Of a stretch of 64,000 nt of DNA, positions 1 to 15,097 are shown piece after piece. Position 1 is the stretch's first letter. Every line of letters starts with the position of its first letter. The DNA is from the human T2T-CHM13v2.0 reference genome, Homo sapiens, in NCBI RefSeq assembly GCF_009914755.1, contig NC_060936.1. One strand, given 5' to 3'. The notes under the pieces are model-generated. The model made no database searches, was not told where the DNA came from, and was given only the letters and a program-made list of their open reading frames with translations. The translations under genes were made by a program, and so were the position numbers.

Positions 1-1079
1 ATCCAGTGGTCCACTTTTCAGTGACCAGCACCTAGTGGCTGAGCCTGGTACCTTCATCTTCTCCCTGTTCCAAGCAGTTGGTCATTTGCTCACCTTAACT
101 GTATCTCTCATTTAATCTCTTCTGAGCCTGTCCCTTGCACTGATCAGTGCCTTATTTTAAGCCGTTATCATTTCTCACCCATATTTCTGCATGAGCCTCC
201 TAACTAGCATCCCAGCCTCTAGGTTTGGACTCCTGGCCTTCCCAAGTCAGCCTTCCCACTGCCATCACTGTCTTGAGTCATCTTGCCCTTGTCTAAAATA
301 CTTTGGTAAAAATCCCAGCTTATTATGGTGTATGATGACCCTTGTGATGCCTGCTTACTCTTCCTGTCTTGCCAACCCTCCAAGAGACCATATATTTTCC
401 AAAACACAGGAAGACATGCCTCATGTGCTCTCATGCCAACCTGTCTTTGCCTATACATGTTCCTTCTATAAGAAACCCCCATTTCTTTTGTTAGCTCGCT
501 TTACTTCTATTCACTTTCCAAGATCCCAGCTCTAATGTCAATTTCTCAAGGAAGGCTTTCCTAACCTTACCCATCCCCTTCTCCTTGGTTGTTCCCCAAA
601 TCATCAGTGACCAAAATGAGTCAGACTTCCCTACAACCTGGGCTTTTCATCTGTCTCTGAAAACTCACTCCATTGTAGTACCACTGCCAGTGATCTCCCC
701 AATCGACTCAGCATTAGGAGGATGGGAACTATGTTGTGTTTTGTCTCCTTATCCCAAAGCTCAGCATGCAGACTCAGAGTTCAATATGTTCAGTGGGTGA
801 GGGAACAGGAAGGGTGGGTACAATCCGCTTTACTTATCTCTGTGGATGTTTTCTTGCCCTAAGCCCTGTACTATCACCATCCTTTCCTAAGTGCTACCAT
901 ATTTGAGTTTTACCATTAAGGGCATGTCTTCTAGATGGGAAAAATCACTGGCCTCTTTTAACCAGTGTGTCCAGTGTCCTCTGCTAGTAAATTATAGAAG
1001 TGGAAGCCAAAGTCTTGACAGTGACCTTCAATGTCCTTCCCGACTGGCTCACTCCACTCCTATGACTTTTCTGACAACA

Positions 1080-1465
1080 TTTCCTGCAATCCAGGCTTTA
1101 CAGTATTTCTGCTCCAACCACACAGACCTCCTTCCTAAACCCTGAGAACATAGGGCCGGCTCCCACCTTGGTGTCTTTCAATTGTCCAGAACGATAAATG
1201 CTCTTCCTTCAAATAGCTGCAATTTCAGATCTTTGCCCAAATGTCACCTTCTCAGTGATGCCTTCATTAACTACCCCGGCACCCTCAGACTTCCTATATT
1301 CTGGGTTCCCCACTTTGTTTTGTATCTCCATAGTGTCTATCATCTGGCACACTATATTTTGTCTCCCTCTACGAATGGAAGCTCCCTCTAAGTAGGGATT
1401 TTGTCTATTTCATTCCCTGCCAAATCTCCAGCATCCAGTTCTCAGTACATAGCAGGTGCTCAGTG
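1080..1465 (+). mobile_element. L2 LINE 3' fragment
   Basis: Contains caaatgtcaccttctcagtgatgcctt and ends cagtacatagcaggtgctca, typical of the L2 3' end; degraded. Confidence 0.65.
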
Positions 1466-1511
1466 ATTTATCTTCCTCACTAGGTAATGGTTTTCAAATT
1501 TTTAAAAAGCA

Positions 1512-2301
1512 GCACAAACAAAAATAACAACAGAACAGACAACCCAATTTTTAAAATGGGCAAAGGACTTGAATAGACATTTCTCTGAAGAACATATACA
1601 AAGGTCCAATAATGAAAAAATGCTCAACATCACTAATCATTAGGGAAATGCAAACCAAAAGTACAGTGAAATACTACCTCATACCCATTAGAATGATTAC
1701 TATTAAAAAAAGAAAACAGAAAGCAAGTGCTGGTGAAGACGTGGAGAAATAGGAACCCCTCTCCATTGTTGGTAGGAACGTAAAATGGAGCAGCCACTGT
1801 GAAAAACGGTGGTAGTCCCTCAAAAAATTAAACAGAATTATCACATAATTCATCAAATCCTCCTCTAGATATATAGCCAAAAGAATTGAAAGCAGGGACT
1901 CAAAGAGATATTTGTTCACCTATGTTCACGACAGCATTATTCAGAATAGCTGAAAGGTAAAAAATTCTGGCTCACATTACAACATGGGTAAAACCTTGAG
2001 AACATTATGCTAAGTGAAATAAGCCAGGCACAAAAGGACAAATAGTGTATGATTCTACTTATGTGAGGTACCTGCAGTGGTCAACTCAGAGACAGGAAAT
2101 AGAATGGTGGGCACCAAGGGAGGAAAGAATGGAGAGTTAGTGTTTAATGAATACATAGTTTCAGCCTGAGAACCTGAAAAAGTTCTGGAGATGATGAGGG
2201 TGATGGTTGTACAAACATGTGAATATACGTAATGCCACTGAACTATATGCCTAAAATTGGTAAATTTTATGTTATGTACATTTTACCACAATTTAAAAAA
2301 A
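1512..2301 (+). mobile_element. L1MB/L1MA-type LINE-1 3' fragment
   Basis: aaatgggcaaaggacttgaatagacatttctc, tgctcaacatcactaatcattagggaaatgcaaa and ctaagtgaaataagccaggcacaaaaggacaaata; ends ttttaccacaatttaaaaaaa. Confidence 0.85.
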
Positions 2302-2889
2302 GGAAAAGAAGCTCAACTCTTGTCTTAAACTCAGTAAGAAGCCTAATAGGTAAAGCAGACAGAAATGAAGCTGCTGTGGTCGGAGCAGGACTGGGGCACC
2401 AGGGTGTCTCCACTCTGCTGGTCCCTTGCTCTTGAAGGACGGACCCCACAGATATTGGGAACCACCACAGGGGAGGGCCACAGCTCCATCCCAAAGTGCT
2501 TATGCACCAGTTTCACTGTTCTTAAGGACAAGAAGTTAAAAAGTCACCCCAGCTCCATTTCTAGAAGGAACTCAGTAAAAAGGAAAAATGCCATCACCAA
2601 CTGGCCTTGGGCCATATGTCAACACTGACTGATTTTTACAGAGATCACTTTATATCCCAGGGGCAGGGGGAAAATATCAGTGGAAAGAGCAACACTAAGT
2701 CACTGGCGCCCCTATTCAATGATCATGAACACTTCACGCTTTCCAAGCCCTTTCCCATAATAACAATCCTCAAAACAATCCTGTCGAGTAGGTATGAAAG
2801 GAATTGTGTAATCTCTAATTCACAAGTGAAGAAACATGCAAACTTCACTCATAGAGAATAACGAAGTGGGACTAACCTCAGGATAATAA

Positions 2890-3326
<437 letters not shown>

Positions 3327-3626
3327 TGTTATTCCTTTTTAGAGTAGACAAAACTGAGGCTCAAAGAATAACCATCCCAAAATTAAGTAGCTAAAGTGGT
3401 AGACTGCACAGTCATCTCACTCCAGGGCCTGGGCACTTAACCATCACCATTCTATACTGCCCATCTGGGTCCTCAGCTCTGGTTGTTTGGAAAAGGCCTT
3501 CCTTCAACCTAGAAAATATGTACAATTGATAAATCCCCGTAAGTCAACTTTAAATTAAACTAGGACTAACAAAATAAATCAATACTTATCAATCCCTGAG
3601 CATAGACGCAATGAAACACTATTTCT

Positions 3627-3924
<298 letters not shown>

Positions 3925-4469
3925 GCAATGAGATACTATTTCTAAAACTAAGAAAAGATTCCTAGATCTTTTAAAATCCTATGAAAATTTTTACACAAAA
4001 ATATCCTCAAGATGATCAGAATGAATAGTCACATTTGGGTCAGTCCATTCTGTGTCTCCTGATTTTCCCAGGAAACATCTCTCTCTAAAGCACATCATCT
4101 GCTGGCAGACAGAGTGTCAATGACTCCCCGTCCTTTGCTGAGAGCTTCTTCAGAGCTTTCTGAGGATATGACTGCTTTATTCCCCAGAAACTGGAGACAG
4201 GATAAATATTTTGTGGTTTTTCAACAGTGTTCAGTCTGCAAGGCCACCCCATGGGCTGCAAGAGTTTTGGGCCAATTGAAATAGATATTTATTTGGAAGA
4301 ACATCAGGCACAGGCTGCAAATGGATCATGAGCAGGCAAGGAGGAGAAAGGGGCAGAGTCATGGCAGGGCTCAAAGCAACAGCCAGAGTTACTTCCACCC
4401 CTCATGAGAGGCTTTCGGACTATTTCCTTACAAAGACCTAGAAGTGGCTCCTTTGAAACCGTCAAACAT

Positions 4470-4618
4470 TGTGTGTGTATGTGTGTGTGTGTGTGTGTGT
4501 GAGTGTGTGTGTATACGTATATATATTCGTGTATATATATATACACACATATATATACGTATACACACACACACACATATATATGTGTATATATATATAT
4601 GCACACACATAAATATAT
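4470..4618. repeat. Compound (TG)n/(TA)n/(CA)n microsatellite with an internal 70-bp palindrome
   Basis: Directly visible alternating purine-pyrimidine tract. Confidence 0.95.
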
Positions 4619-4885
4619 CAATTATTGCAACAAGAGCTAGATACATATGGTGTGGGTGTTTCATTTACTTTGTGTTAAAAACCTAACCACAAGCTGGTCA
4701 TACATGTGTCGCCTTCAGCTTGGTATGTGTGATGTCGTGACGATAGGCCCGCCACCCCACTAACTCTGGGGACACTGCTTTCTCACTTCCATTCCAGATT
4801 TAGGTGAAGCCCTAATGTCTTCCAGTGGGACCAAAGTGTGTGCCATTCTTCTCACCTGAGAACCAAGGATCGAGAAGGGTCTTAC

Positions 4886-5051
4886 CGAGTTCTCCTTCAG
4901 CTGCAGCCCTTCCCCATTGGGAAGGGAGGACCGTCTCTTGGATGAGTTCCTGTTTGGGGTTGAGGTCACGGCCCCTGCCTTCTTCTTCACAGTGAGCACC
5001 TCACAGCTGGCTTGGTCTTCATTGTGTGTGCTCTTCCCGGCATTGATAACC
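4886..5051 (-). CDS. PPM1H: PPM1H internal coding exon (exon 2; about aa 82-137) of protein phosphatase Mg2+/Mn2+-dependent 1H
   Basis: Translation VINAGKSTHNEDQASCEVLTVKKKAGAVTSTPNRNSSKRRSSLPNGEGLQLKENS matches human PPM1H as I recall it, including the PP2C motif-1-like NED. Acceptor is CTTCTTCTCCAG|G (AG at 5053-5052), donor is TCG|GTAAGA (GT at 4885-4884). Length 166 nt, phase 2 in and phase 0 out. Confidence 0.97.
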
Positions 5052-5080
5052 CTGGAGAAGAAGCCGGAAAAGCTGGTCAG
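5052..5080 (-). promoter_or_regulatory. Branch point, polypyrimidine tract and 3' splice site of the PPM1H exon
   Basis: Minus strand reads CTGACCAGCTTTTCCGGCTTCTTCTCCAG; CTGAC (yUnAy) puts the branch A at 5077 (-26). Confidence 0.7.
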
Positions 5081-6134
5081 ACAGACCGATAAAGCTGAGG
5101 GCACAGTCCCTTGTCAAGGGTCAGCCAAGACAGTCTCTACAACTGGCCCAGAACTACAGCCCTGCTTAATGCTAAGAACATTATGGTCTTGGTATTTTAT
5201 GTTCCCAAATAAATGAAAATTTTTTAATGGCATTATGTTAGCACCCATTAAAATATTTACTAAAGAAGTTGTTTTGAGACCTGTTCACCCACAGGTGTCT
5301 GATAGATGTGATCAAATACACTAATCCATTTTAGTCAAAACACATGAGGCAATCACTCTTTCAGGTTAAGGAACCTGAATGTTTCGGCAATTACAATGAA
5401 GACAGATAATCTGACTCAGGGAATTCTGTTTCACTTCTCCAAGTGATAAACAGCAAAACCACCATCAATCTTATCAAGGTACATGGCAGTAACTTACAGC
5501 ATGTCGTAAAAATCCAAGAGAACAGAGAACCATATTTCACTACGGCCATACCCCCCCATTTTTGCTTTACACAAAGGCAAGCAAATGGGTCAAAGGTTTA
5601 CTCTTTTAAAACTATTTTTAACTCTTGGTCTTTTTTCATGTAGAATAATACTCATCACACTGGGCTATAGGCACTCTGATTTGGACACCAAGACACATAA
5701 TAATAAGGCATGTTGACACTGCTTTGCTCGAATTACTACATGTTTTAAGCATAGAAATGCTTCAGGAAAACATGCTGCATCATTCATGCACCTTTTTCTC
5801 TATCAGGTGACTATAGACTCAACTCTTGGGTTTCCGCACCGCTTTCTTCTTAAGTAATTAAGCAGCAGCTAAAACAGATTCCCTTAAAGAGTTCTCCTTG
5901 ATCTGCCACTGGCTGCGTTTCCTTTCTAAAGCTTCAACAGTGTCACAGTCCTGACAGAGTGAGTGTGGAGTTTATGGAACTCAGTAGCAAGGAAAGAAAA
6001 GGTGTGTTTTTTCTTTTTAAGGTAAGCTAAATAAAAATTAGCTCTATAAGTGTGGTGTGTACACTGCTCTATTGATTGAGTTGCACAGCCTCCTAACAGT
6101 TCAAAATCATTATTTTCAAATGACTTTTTAAAAA

Positions 6135-6330
6135 CCTTTTCATTCTACAATAATTATAGGCTCAGAGTAAATTGCAAAAATAGTACAGAGTCCCATGTAG
6201 CTTTTGACCAATTCCCCAAACGGTAACATCTTATATAAGACAGTACAATATCAAAACTGAGAAAATGACATTGATACAATACTCTCACCCAGACTCCTGA
6301 CCTTATTCAAATTTCACCATTTCTTACATC
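6135..6330 (-). mobile_element. Old L1M (L1MB/MC) 3' end fragment
   Basis: ttgcaaaaatagtacagagtcccatgta...cagtacaatatcaaaactgagaaaatgacattgatacaat. Confidence 0.65.
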
Positions 6331-9300
6331 AAATAGCTTTTAGTACTAAAAATGGTATCAATTTCCATAAGCCAACACACACATGCCACAACCAAATAGG
6401 AAATGGAAAGCAAATTGAGATTTGAGTGCCGCAAGATGTAAGCGAGCGTGTTTCAAAGCACGCTTCTGCCAAACTCTGGAACTCTATGGAGGTGTTTCAG
6501 AAATTTTAACATTTTCTTTATTTTAAAAATGTATACACATTTTTAAAAAATGCAATAATTTAAAAGTTCATTCCCATCTGTACATGTGATCAAATAAATG
6601 CAAGTTGACATATTTTGGGCAGCTTTAGCATATTAAGCCATCTATCTTTTCAATTGACCATATCATTGATTGGAAGGAGAATTTTTTTTTTAACTACTAT
6701 TTGCAATTACTTATCTGAAAGTTCTAACGAAAAGATCATATCAGTCATCTATTTCCTCAATTTCAAATTTCTGTATCAATAAAAAGGGCTTCGCTGGTCC
6801 TATCGGGTTTACTACTAATTTCAACTTTAGCATATTTCTATAAACAAAAGCCTATGTTTACTTATTTCACATATTACAGTATTTCCTAAGATTTGTCTTT
6901 AAGTGGACTGTTGCTTACAAAGTTTGACAATTGTTGTCCTGGGGCTTGTCAAATTGGCCTCGGGGGCTTATCACACACTCTCAGGGGCTGAGCAGTGGGG
7001 AAAGGGAGGATTCAATGTCTATTTTCTTGTCCCACCTTCAAGGAAATGCATTTCCTCTTTCCTCTAAGGAAAGACATTTTCATATGGCTTAAGGATAAAA
7101 TGTAAATATTAGGGACACAATGAGGCTACCTGCATGATGGTTAATCCTACCGCATTTACTGCCTGAGCTAAGCAACTTATCAGAAGCTCCACAGCCAGGA
7201 AGTGGCACAGCTGGGATTCAGAATGAGCCTATCTTGACCCCTAACCCAACCTCTTCCTATTGTGCCCTGGGGACATCAGTCTGTGACAGGTTGAGCTGGA
7301 CTGTGGGGAAGCATAGAATAAAAAAATCAGGCAAGGTCTGGTCCAGGCCTGAGAGGGCGGGCCTTTCCCAGCATCTCTGGCTATTGGAGGAGTCTGGGAA
7401 AAGGCCCAGGAAAGAGGAAAGAACAGGTGGCTCAGATCTGCCTGTCCCTAGAGAAGCTCATGCTATCCAGGCCAAGTCACTGGGGGGGCCTGCTGCTGAA
7501 GCTCGTAGTACAGAACATGCATTCGTCTGGAACGTGCCTTTTACATCTCTCCTCAGAGAACCAAACCAGGCAGAGGAAGGAGGTCCAAAATACCACCTGC
7601 CTCCTCTCGGTCACTGGTGGTGACTTCCCAAGCAACATGTTTGGGGTGGATTTTTTACTGGGTGATGTTATACCACCATGGTGTCCCAAATGTGCGCCTT
7701 CCCTGGGGAAAGCTCAAGTGGGGGTTCAGCTGGGAAAACCTGTTCATGACAACCATCCCTCCATACTGTCATCCGTACAAGATCCTGGATGCTATTTCCA
7801 GAACTTGGCATCACTCTGACCACTGGCACCTAATCTTGGGCTGTAGAAAGGTGTTTTTTCCTTTGGTTTCGTTTTTTGAACCAAAAAAGCATCGCTGATC
7901 TCCAACAGCTACATGCCAAGGTGACTCATCCACCACTGCCGTTTCCAACAGACAACAAAGCTACTATAATTACATAAATCACGAATCCCTGTCCCCTTAA
8001 CGTGCTTCGTCTCCTGTCTTTCCCTGAGTGGTTATTAAACTCCAAAGTTGACCTAACTTCAGCAAGAGGTCTTAGAAACTTCATTGCATGCATATGAGAA
8101 AACCAGTGACCTGGATGATCATGACTGGCGCAAGGTCACACAGCTAAATGCGAACACACTTGGGAGTTCTGAGAGCTTTCTGCTTCAGCTCTTGGGTTGT
8201 TTTATTTTCCTATTGTGCATCTATTCTTGTCGGTGCCTGGTTCAGAGGTCTGTCCTGCAATGACTCAAACCCAGGGAACTGTGAAAGAACAATTACTGGT
8301 GCCCTTACTTTGCCATTTCATGTTGAACGTAGCTTATGAATAGCACTAATGAAGTATCAGACAGTCAGAAATGTCAATCTAATGGGAAGATGGTGGTCCC
8401 ACCTATGTAAGCCTGTTTTGTCAGAAACCTGATTACCATTCAGATGATAAAATATTAATTTAAATATTAAATTTTAAATATCAATTTAAAGTCACTGTGT
8501 TTAAAAAAAAAATGCCACAACTCTTATCCCCTATTTTATATTATTTCAACTCCCCTACTTTACACAGCTTTAGTAGAAAGGCCTCATTCTTCTCAATCTC
8601 ATTTGGCTCTAACAAGTTTGACCAGTATCAACTTAAATATTTTATTTTGCACTTCAAAGGTAAATGCTTTGTTAACTATATGTGAACAAAATCTTTAATT
8701 TTATAAAAAGTAATTGAGAAAAACTTCGTTTCACAAGCTGAGGAGCAGCATGCTGTTAACAGATTCAACAGATTCCTTAAAGGCAAGCAGGTGGACCAGG
8801 GGCACCACTCCATTGCTGTATGCTCCAGCGTAAAGTCAGTACCACCTTGAGGTCAACAGGAAAAACGACTATGCTATCTACATTCTTGGCCTAAACAATA
8901 CTTACGCATGATGCTTATTTTGAAGGCTTTAAAGAAATGCTGGTGGACCACGAATCATCATACCTTTGGTCACATTATTTTCCAGTTTACAAAGAGGGAA
9001 AGTATTTTTCTGGAAATTAAACTGGAGGTAATAAGTCATGGTGGTTCTTAACAAAAACTATCTCCCTAGAATACAGCACATAGCAGGTGCTCAACAAATG
9101 TTTACTGAATGAATGAATCTGACAGAAATCAACTCTGCTACTTCCTAGGTGTGGATAACAGTATCTCACATTTGTTGAGAACTATGTATGAGCCAGAGAC
9201 TGCTGTTAATATTTTGTAGAAAGTAATTAACTCATTTCATCCTCTTGTCAACTCTATAAGGTAGCTGCCACTGTTACTCCCTTTTTAAACGAAGTCACAG

Positions 9301-10299
9301 CTAGTGACTGGCAGAGTAGTTTGGTCAAGTTACTTAACTTTTGCAAATCTCAGTTCCTTAGCTGTACTTCATGGATTAAATTCTATGACTTATTAAGATT
9401 GTGTGTGTGTGTGTTGGGGAGGGGTGTTTTAGTCATCATAATTAAACACATGGGTAATTTTGAAGTTAGGTTTAAATTCAAGTAGGAAAAATGTTAGAGG
9501 TTGAAAGTGAAGCACAGCTACTGTCTCCTCAATATGGAAAGTTTATACCCAGTTTATTCAACTCTTAGAAGAACAAGACACATCTGCCCTGGGAGAGACA
9601 CATGGCAAAGTTAAATTTATTTATATACTGCTTTAACCTACCAGCCTACCTTCAACTGAACCAAAACCCCTAAGATTTTTCCCTTTGTAAAAGTAGGTAA
9701 ACACAGACCTTTACAAACTTGAAAGTAAAAAATCCTGTATGTGTATCAGATACACCTTGAAATTATAACCTAAATCTCAGGAATGAACATGCATGAGATC
9801 ATAGCAATAGCAGAATCTACTTAAAAGGAGCAAATGATTCATTCTGTGTTACCATGATACACACACTTGGAAAACTCATTTTTCTTCTATTTGTGAAATA
9901 CTCTAGTCAATTTATTTTGTAATCATCACCACCTCAATTTCAGCAGAAAAGTCTTGCTTTTACATGCAACTGTTAAATTGTCAAGTTATCTGCCTTCTCA
10001 CCTTATAAACCTGACTTCAAGGACACTCATCTGATGACATGACACTTAGAAAGCATCCCTATCACTAAACACAGACAAAGTAAGTACCTCAAGTATTCTC
10101 ACATAGTGGTCCTGTCACAAAGGCCATTGGCCCCAGAATAGTTTTCAACAGATTTACAAAAGATAGCCAATCAACAAAGGACAGATTGGACATTTTTGAA
10201 GGTTTCCCATGTGGCATGTATGGTGCTAAATACTTCACAGGTGGCAAAGTCACTCAACACCAACTCTCTCTCCCTCCCCACCATGAGGCATTCAGCATA

Positions 10300-10530
10300 G
10301 TGCAGAAGGCAGACACAGGGACAATGGTTGGAGAGAACTGATTCAAACTTGGTCTCTGTTAATTACTATCTCCAGCTATGGGTACTTGGGCAAGGTACTT
10401 TTTTCCCCTAAAATAAGAATAGTCACTTCCCATCAGAAAAGAGTTATGAGAATTAAATGCTCTAGCATGAAAAGTATTTGATGAGTGCCTGGTACATAGT
10501 AAGCACTTAAAATATGTTATTTAATAATAA
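10300..10530 (+). mobile_element. MIR
   Basis: ttgggcaaggtactt...taaaataagaatagt...gttatgagaattaaatg...gtgcctggtacatagtaagcactt. Confidence 0.7.
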
Positions 10531-11404
10531 TACACCAAATGCAAAGCTAGCTGCCTCTTCTGTCAGGACCCAAGGATGTTATCCAGCCATGCGAGTTAGA
10601 GGAGCATCTCCTCCTTTCTACGCCTTTCCATCAGCATCCCTCTGCCTCCCTCAGGAACACATGGCCAGACATCCAGAGCCTTCAGGGACAAGGCATGACA
10701 CTTCCCAGAACAGGGACCTCCTCTGAGCCCTCTTCTCAAGCCACATGCTCTGTACACAGGAGAGTATCCACATGGTTCTGAACATGCTGCTTCCAGATTC
10801 CCACCCCGATCTGCCCACCCACATCGGCTCTGGGCCCCCAAGCTCCTGGCCTCAGAAGCACAGGTCTCAGGACTACAGAAAAAGACCAAATAGAGAATCT
10901 TCTTTTGTGGTTATTGTTGTCTTGCTTTGTTTTCAAGGAAATATCAAAGCCTTGACAGTTCAGGCTAAAAAGTTTACACTAAGTGTTCATACTGGTTAGC
11001 AGACAGTATTGACAAATGTTTAAGGACAGGTGTCTCCTGAGGGCCATCAGGTGAAGTGAGATTTATATATAACTAGGAGGTAGACAGTAAAATACAGTGT
11101 GTGTGTGTGTGGGGGGGGGGAGATGAATAACTTATGGAAGACCAAATAAAGCTATCAATTATGAAAATTCTCTTTTCCAGGTAACCTCTTGGGCAATGTC
11201 TCATGTGGTTCTCTCAAGTGGTTACTGGCCACACAGATGGGCTGGAAAAGAAGGACAACTTAATTCCTAGCTGCAGTAATAACCTCTTATTCTTGGGGTA
11301 CTGAGAAAAGAAACCACAGCTCTGACCAGGAACCTAAGCATTTGGTAACAGCCATCAGCAAATCCAGCTGGATGGCCAGTCAAAACATCCATCAAGAATA
11401 ATAG

Positions 11405-12335
<931 letters not shown>

Positions 12336-12499
12336 CTCTGTCCACTTTTGTCATTGAAGTGACCAGCCTGGCCTCATGGGCATTTGAATCTGTAACCTTG
12401 CAATTAGATCTCTGTGACTTTATGAGTAAATCCAAAAAAAAAAAAAAAGTCAAGATGGCAAGGAGATGGTTTCTACTCTCAAGGACCCTATAGTCATTT

Positions 12500-13210
<711 letters not shown>

Positions 13211-13299
13211 CCCTTCTCACAAAAACTACAATTTGCTTGAATTAATGCCATACTCGAGGCCTATGTCGCAAGGGATCTGAGAATACAGAGGAGGCAAGT

Positions 13300-14000
13300 C
13301 AACAAAAGAAGAGTCAGGGGAAGTATCACAGATGAAGAGGCATCTGAGCTCAGTGTTATGGAATGAAGGAAATCAACACTCAGAGAAAAGGTAAGAAAAG
13401 GCTCTCCCAGCAGAGGAACAGCCTGTGAAAACTGAAGATGTTGTGAAGTTTATAAAGAGGTGTAGGGTGTGACCTAAGTATTGGCTTGGTGAGGGAGCTA
13501 CATCAGAACTAGACCACGAAATTTTATAGGAGCTTTATTCTATTCAGCCTATAACCAATGGAAGAAATCTAAGACTGTTTAAACTAGGGACTGATATGAT
13601 CACAGTTACTTTAGAAAAATAACACTTGTGGCTTAGTAGAAAATGGGTTCTAGAGGACAAATGACAAAGGAAGAACTCAGGCAGGGTCTCTTACAATAGT
13701 CCTAGTGACAAAGAGGTTGTGAACCGAACAATGGCTCTCGGTGGAAGGGAAGAGAGTAGGCGAATGAACCGAGAAGTCCCATGAAACCTGTTGGACATGG
13801 GTTATGGAGAAGAGAGAAAAGAGGATGAATCCCATGTTTCCAAAATGGCAGAATGAGGAGAATGAGGTGCCACTGATAATGAAGGGAGGTGAGAAGGTGA
13901 AACAAGTCTTGGTGGTGGGGAGTTCTGAGGGGTGAGATAATGCAATTGGTTTTAGGTCAATGAAAAGAGAGTACAAGGTACCAGAAATTTCAAAGTCAGT
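13300..14000 (-). mobile_element. L2 fragment
   Basis: Purine-rich degenerate L2 pattern (gcagaggaacagcctgtgaaaa, gatatgatcacagttactttagaaaaataac). Confidence 0.6.
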
Positions 14001-14021
14001 AGCTGCCAAGTTCAACTTAAA

Positions 14022-14332
14022 CAGTGGCTGGCAAACTATTGCCCATGGGCCAAAGCTGGACACTGCTTGTTTTTACACAGCCTGCAAGTTAAGAATGATT
14101 TTTATATTTTAAGTAGCTGGGGGGAAAAAAGAATATTTCATGTCAACATTATGTAAAATTCAAATTTCAGTTTTGCTGGAACACAGCCACATTCGTTCAT
14201 TTACATATTGTCTCTTGTGGTTTTCATACTATAATGGCAGAGTTATTAGTAGTTGCAACAGGGACTATCTGGCTCACAAAGCCAAAATTACTTACTATTT
14301 GGGTCTTTACAGAAAACGTGTACTGACCCCTG
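14022..14332. mobile_element. MER58B-like hAT-Charlie MITE
   Basis: TIR-like ends cagtggctggcaaact ... tactgacccctg; imperfect 8-bp TSD aacttaaa / aacttatt. Confidence 0.85.
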
Positions 14333-15097
14333 AACTTATTAGGTTGAATTATCTGAAATTGTTTTTGCAGATCAAAAACAGTTGAATACTGACGATTTCA
14401 CATAGTTACACGTAATACATAGGTGAAGCAAAAGAGAGATACAGGTTTGGGTAGAACTTAACATGCAGTTTGGCATTAGTAGTAACATTAGCTGTGGATA
14501 CACTTTGCTTTACCATTTGGAGGCCATCACTAACTTCTATCCCCTTCACCAATATAATTAAATAACTGAGAATGAAAAAACAAACAATAAAGATCAAAAG
14601 AAGATATAATGTTGCCTCATAGATTTCCCCCCATAAATATCAGCGTTTTCTTCTTCATATTGGTTGTTTAGAAATGAACATTTAACATAGTAAAAATGAA
14701 AATCAGAAAGTCATCTTTGTGTATTTCCTTTCAATAATCCTCTGGGTCCCCTTGGCAAAACCATTAATACCACCAATGTCCAACTTCCTTATTTAAATAA
14801 GGAAGTCTGTGCTCTGTCAGATGCTGGAACAATTCCCGTAGAAGGCCCCAGTGCTGCTCTGTTGGAGCCAACTGAAATCAAAATAAACGCCAATCCAAAT
14901 AAGATTGAAGTGTTGAAGTTTTGCATAAAATAAAGCAGAAAAAATGCTTTTTGCAGGTTTAGAACAATATCATTTGTATATAGCTATTTGCATCTGTTGG
15001 TGATTAAGGGAAAAAAAGCAAAGTTCTGCTTTTCTAAAGATCAGATTTTGTTTTATTTACCAGCTGTATCAGTACTATCGGCAATGTGAGAAATTTT

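Noticed and set aside
4886-5051. Rolling-circle endless ORF if the exon circularises
   Set aside because: 166 nt cycles through all frames, and the frame opened by the first ATG stops at CTG TGA within the exon.
4760-5104. 114-aa ORF as a stand-alone gene
   Set aside because: Only 4886-5051 matches PPM1H and is bounded by splice sites; the rest is intronic read-through.
7234-7898. Overlapping 129/130/93-aa ORFs in GC-richer unique DNA
   Set aside because: No recognisable domain, mostly non-ATG starts, no convincing splice signals; overlapping ORFs on several frames suggest chance.
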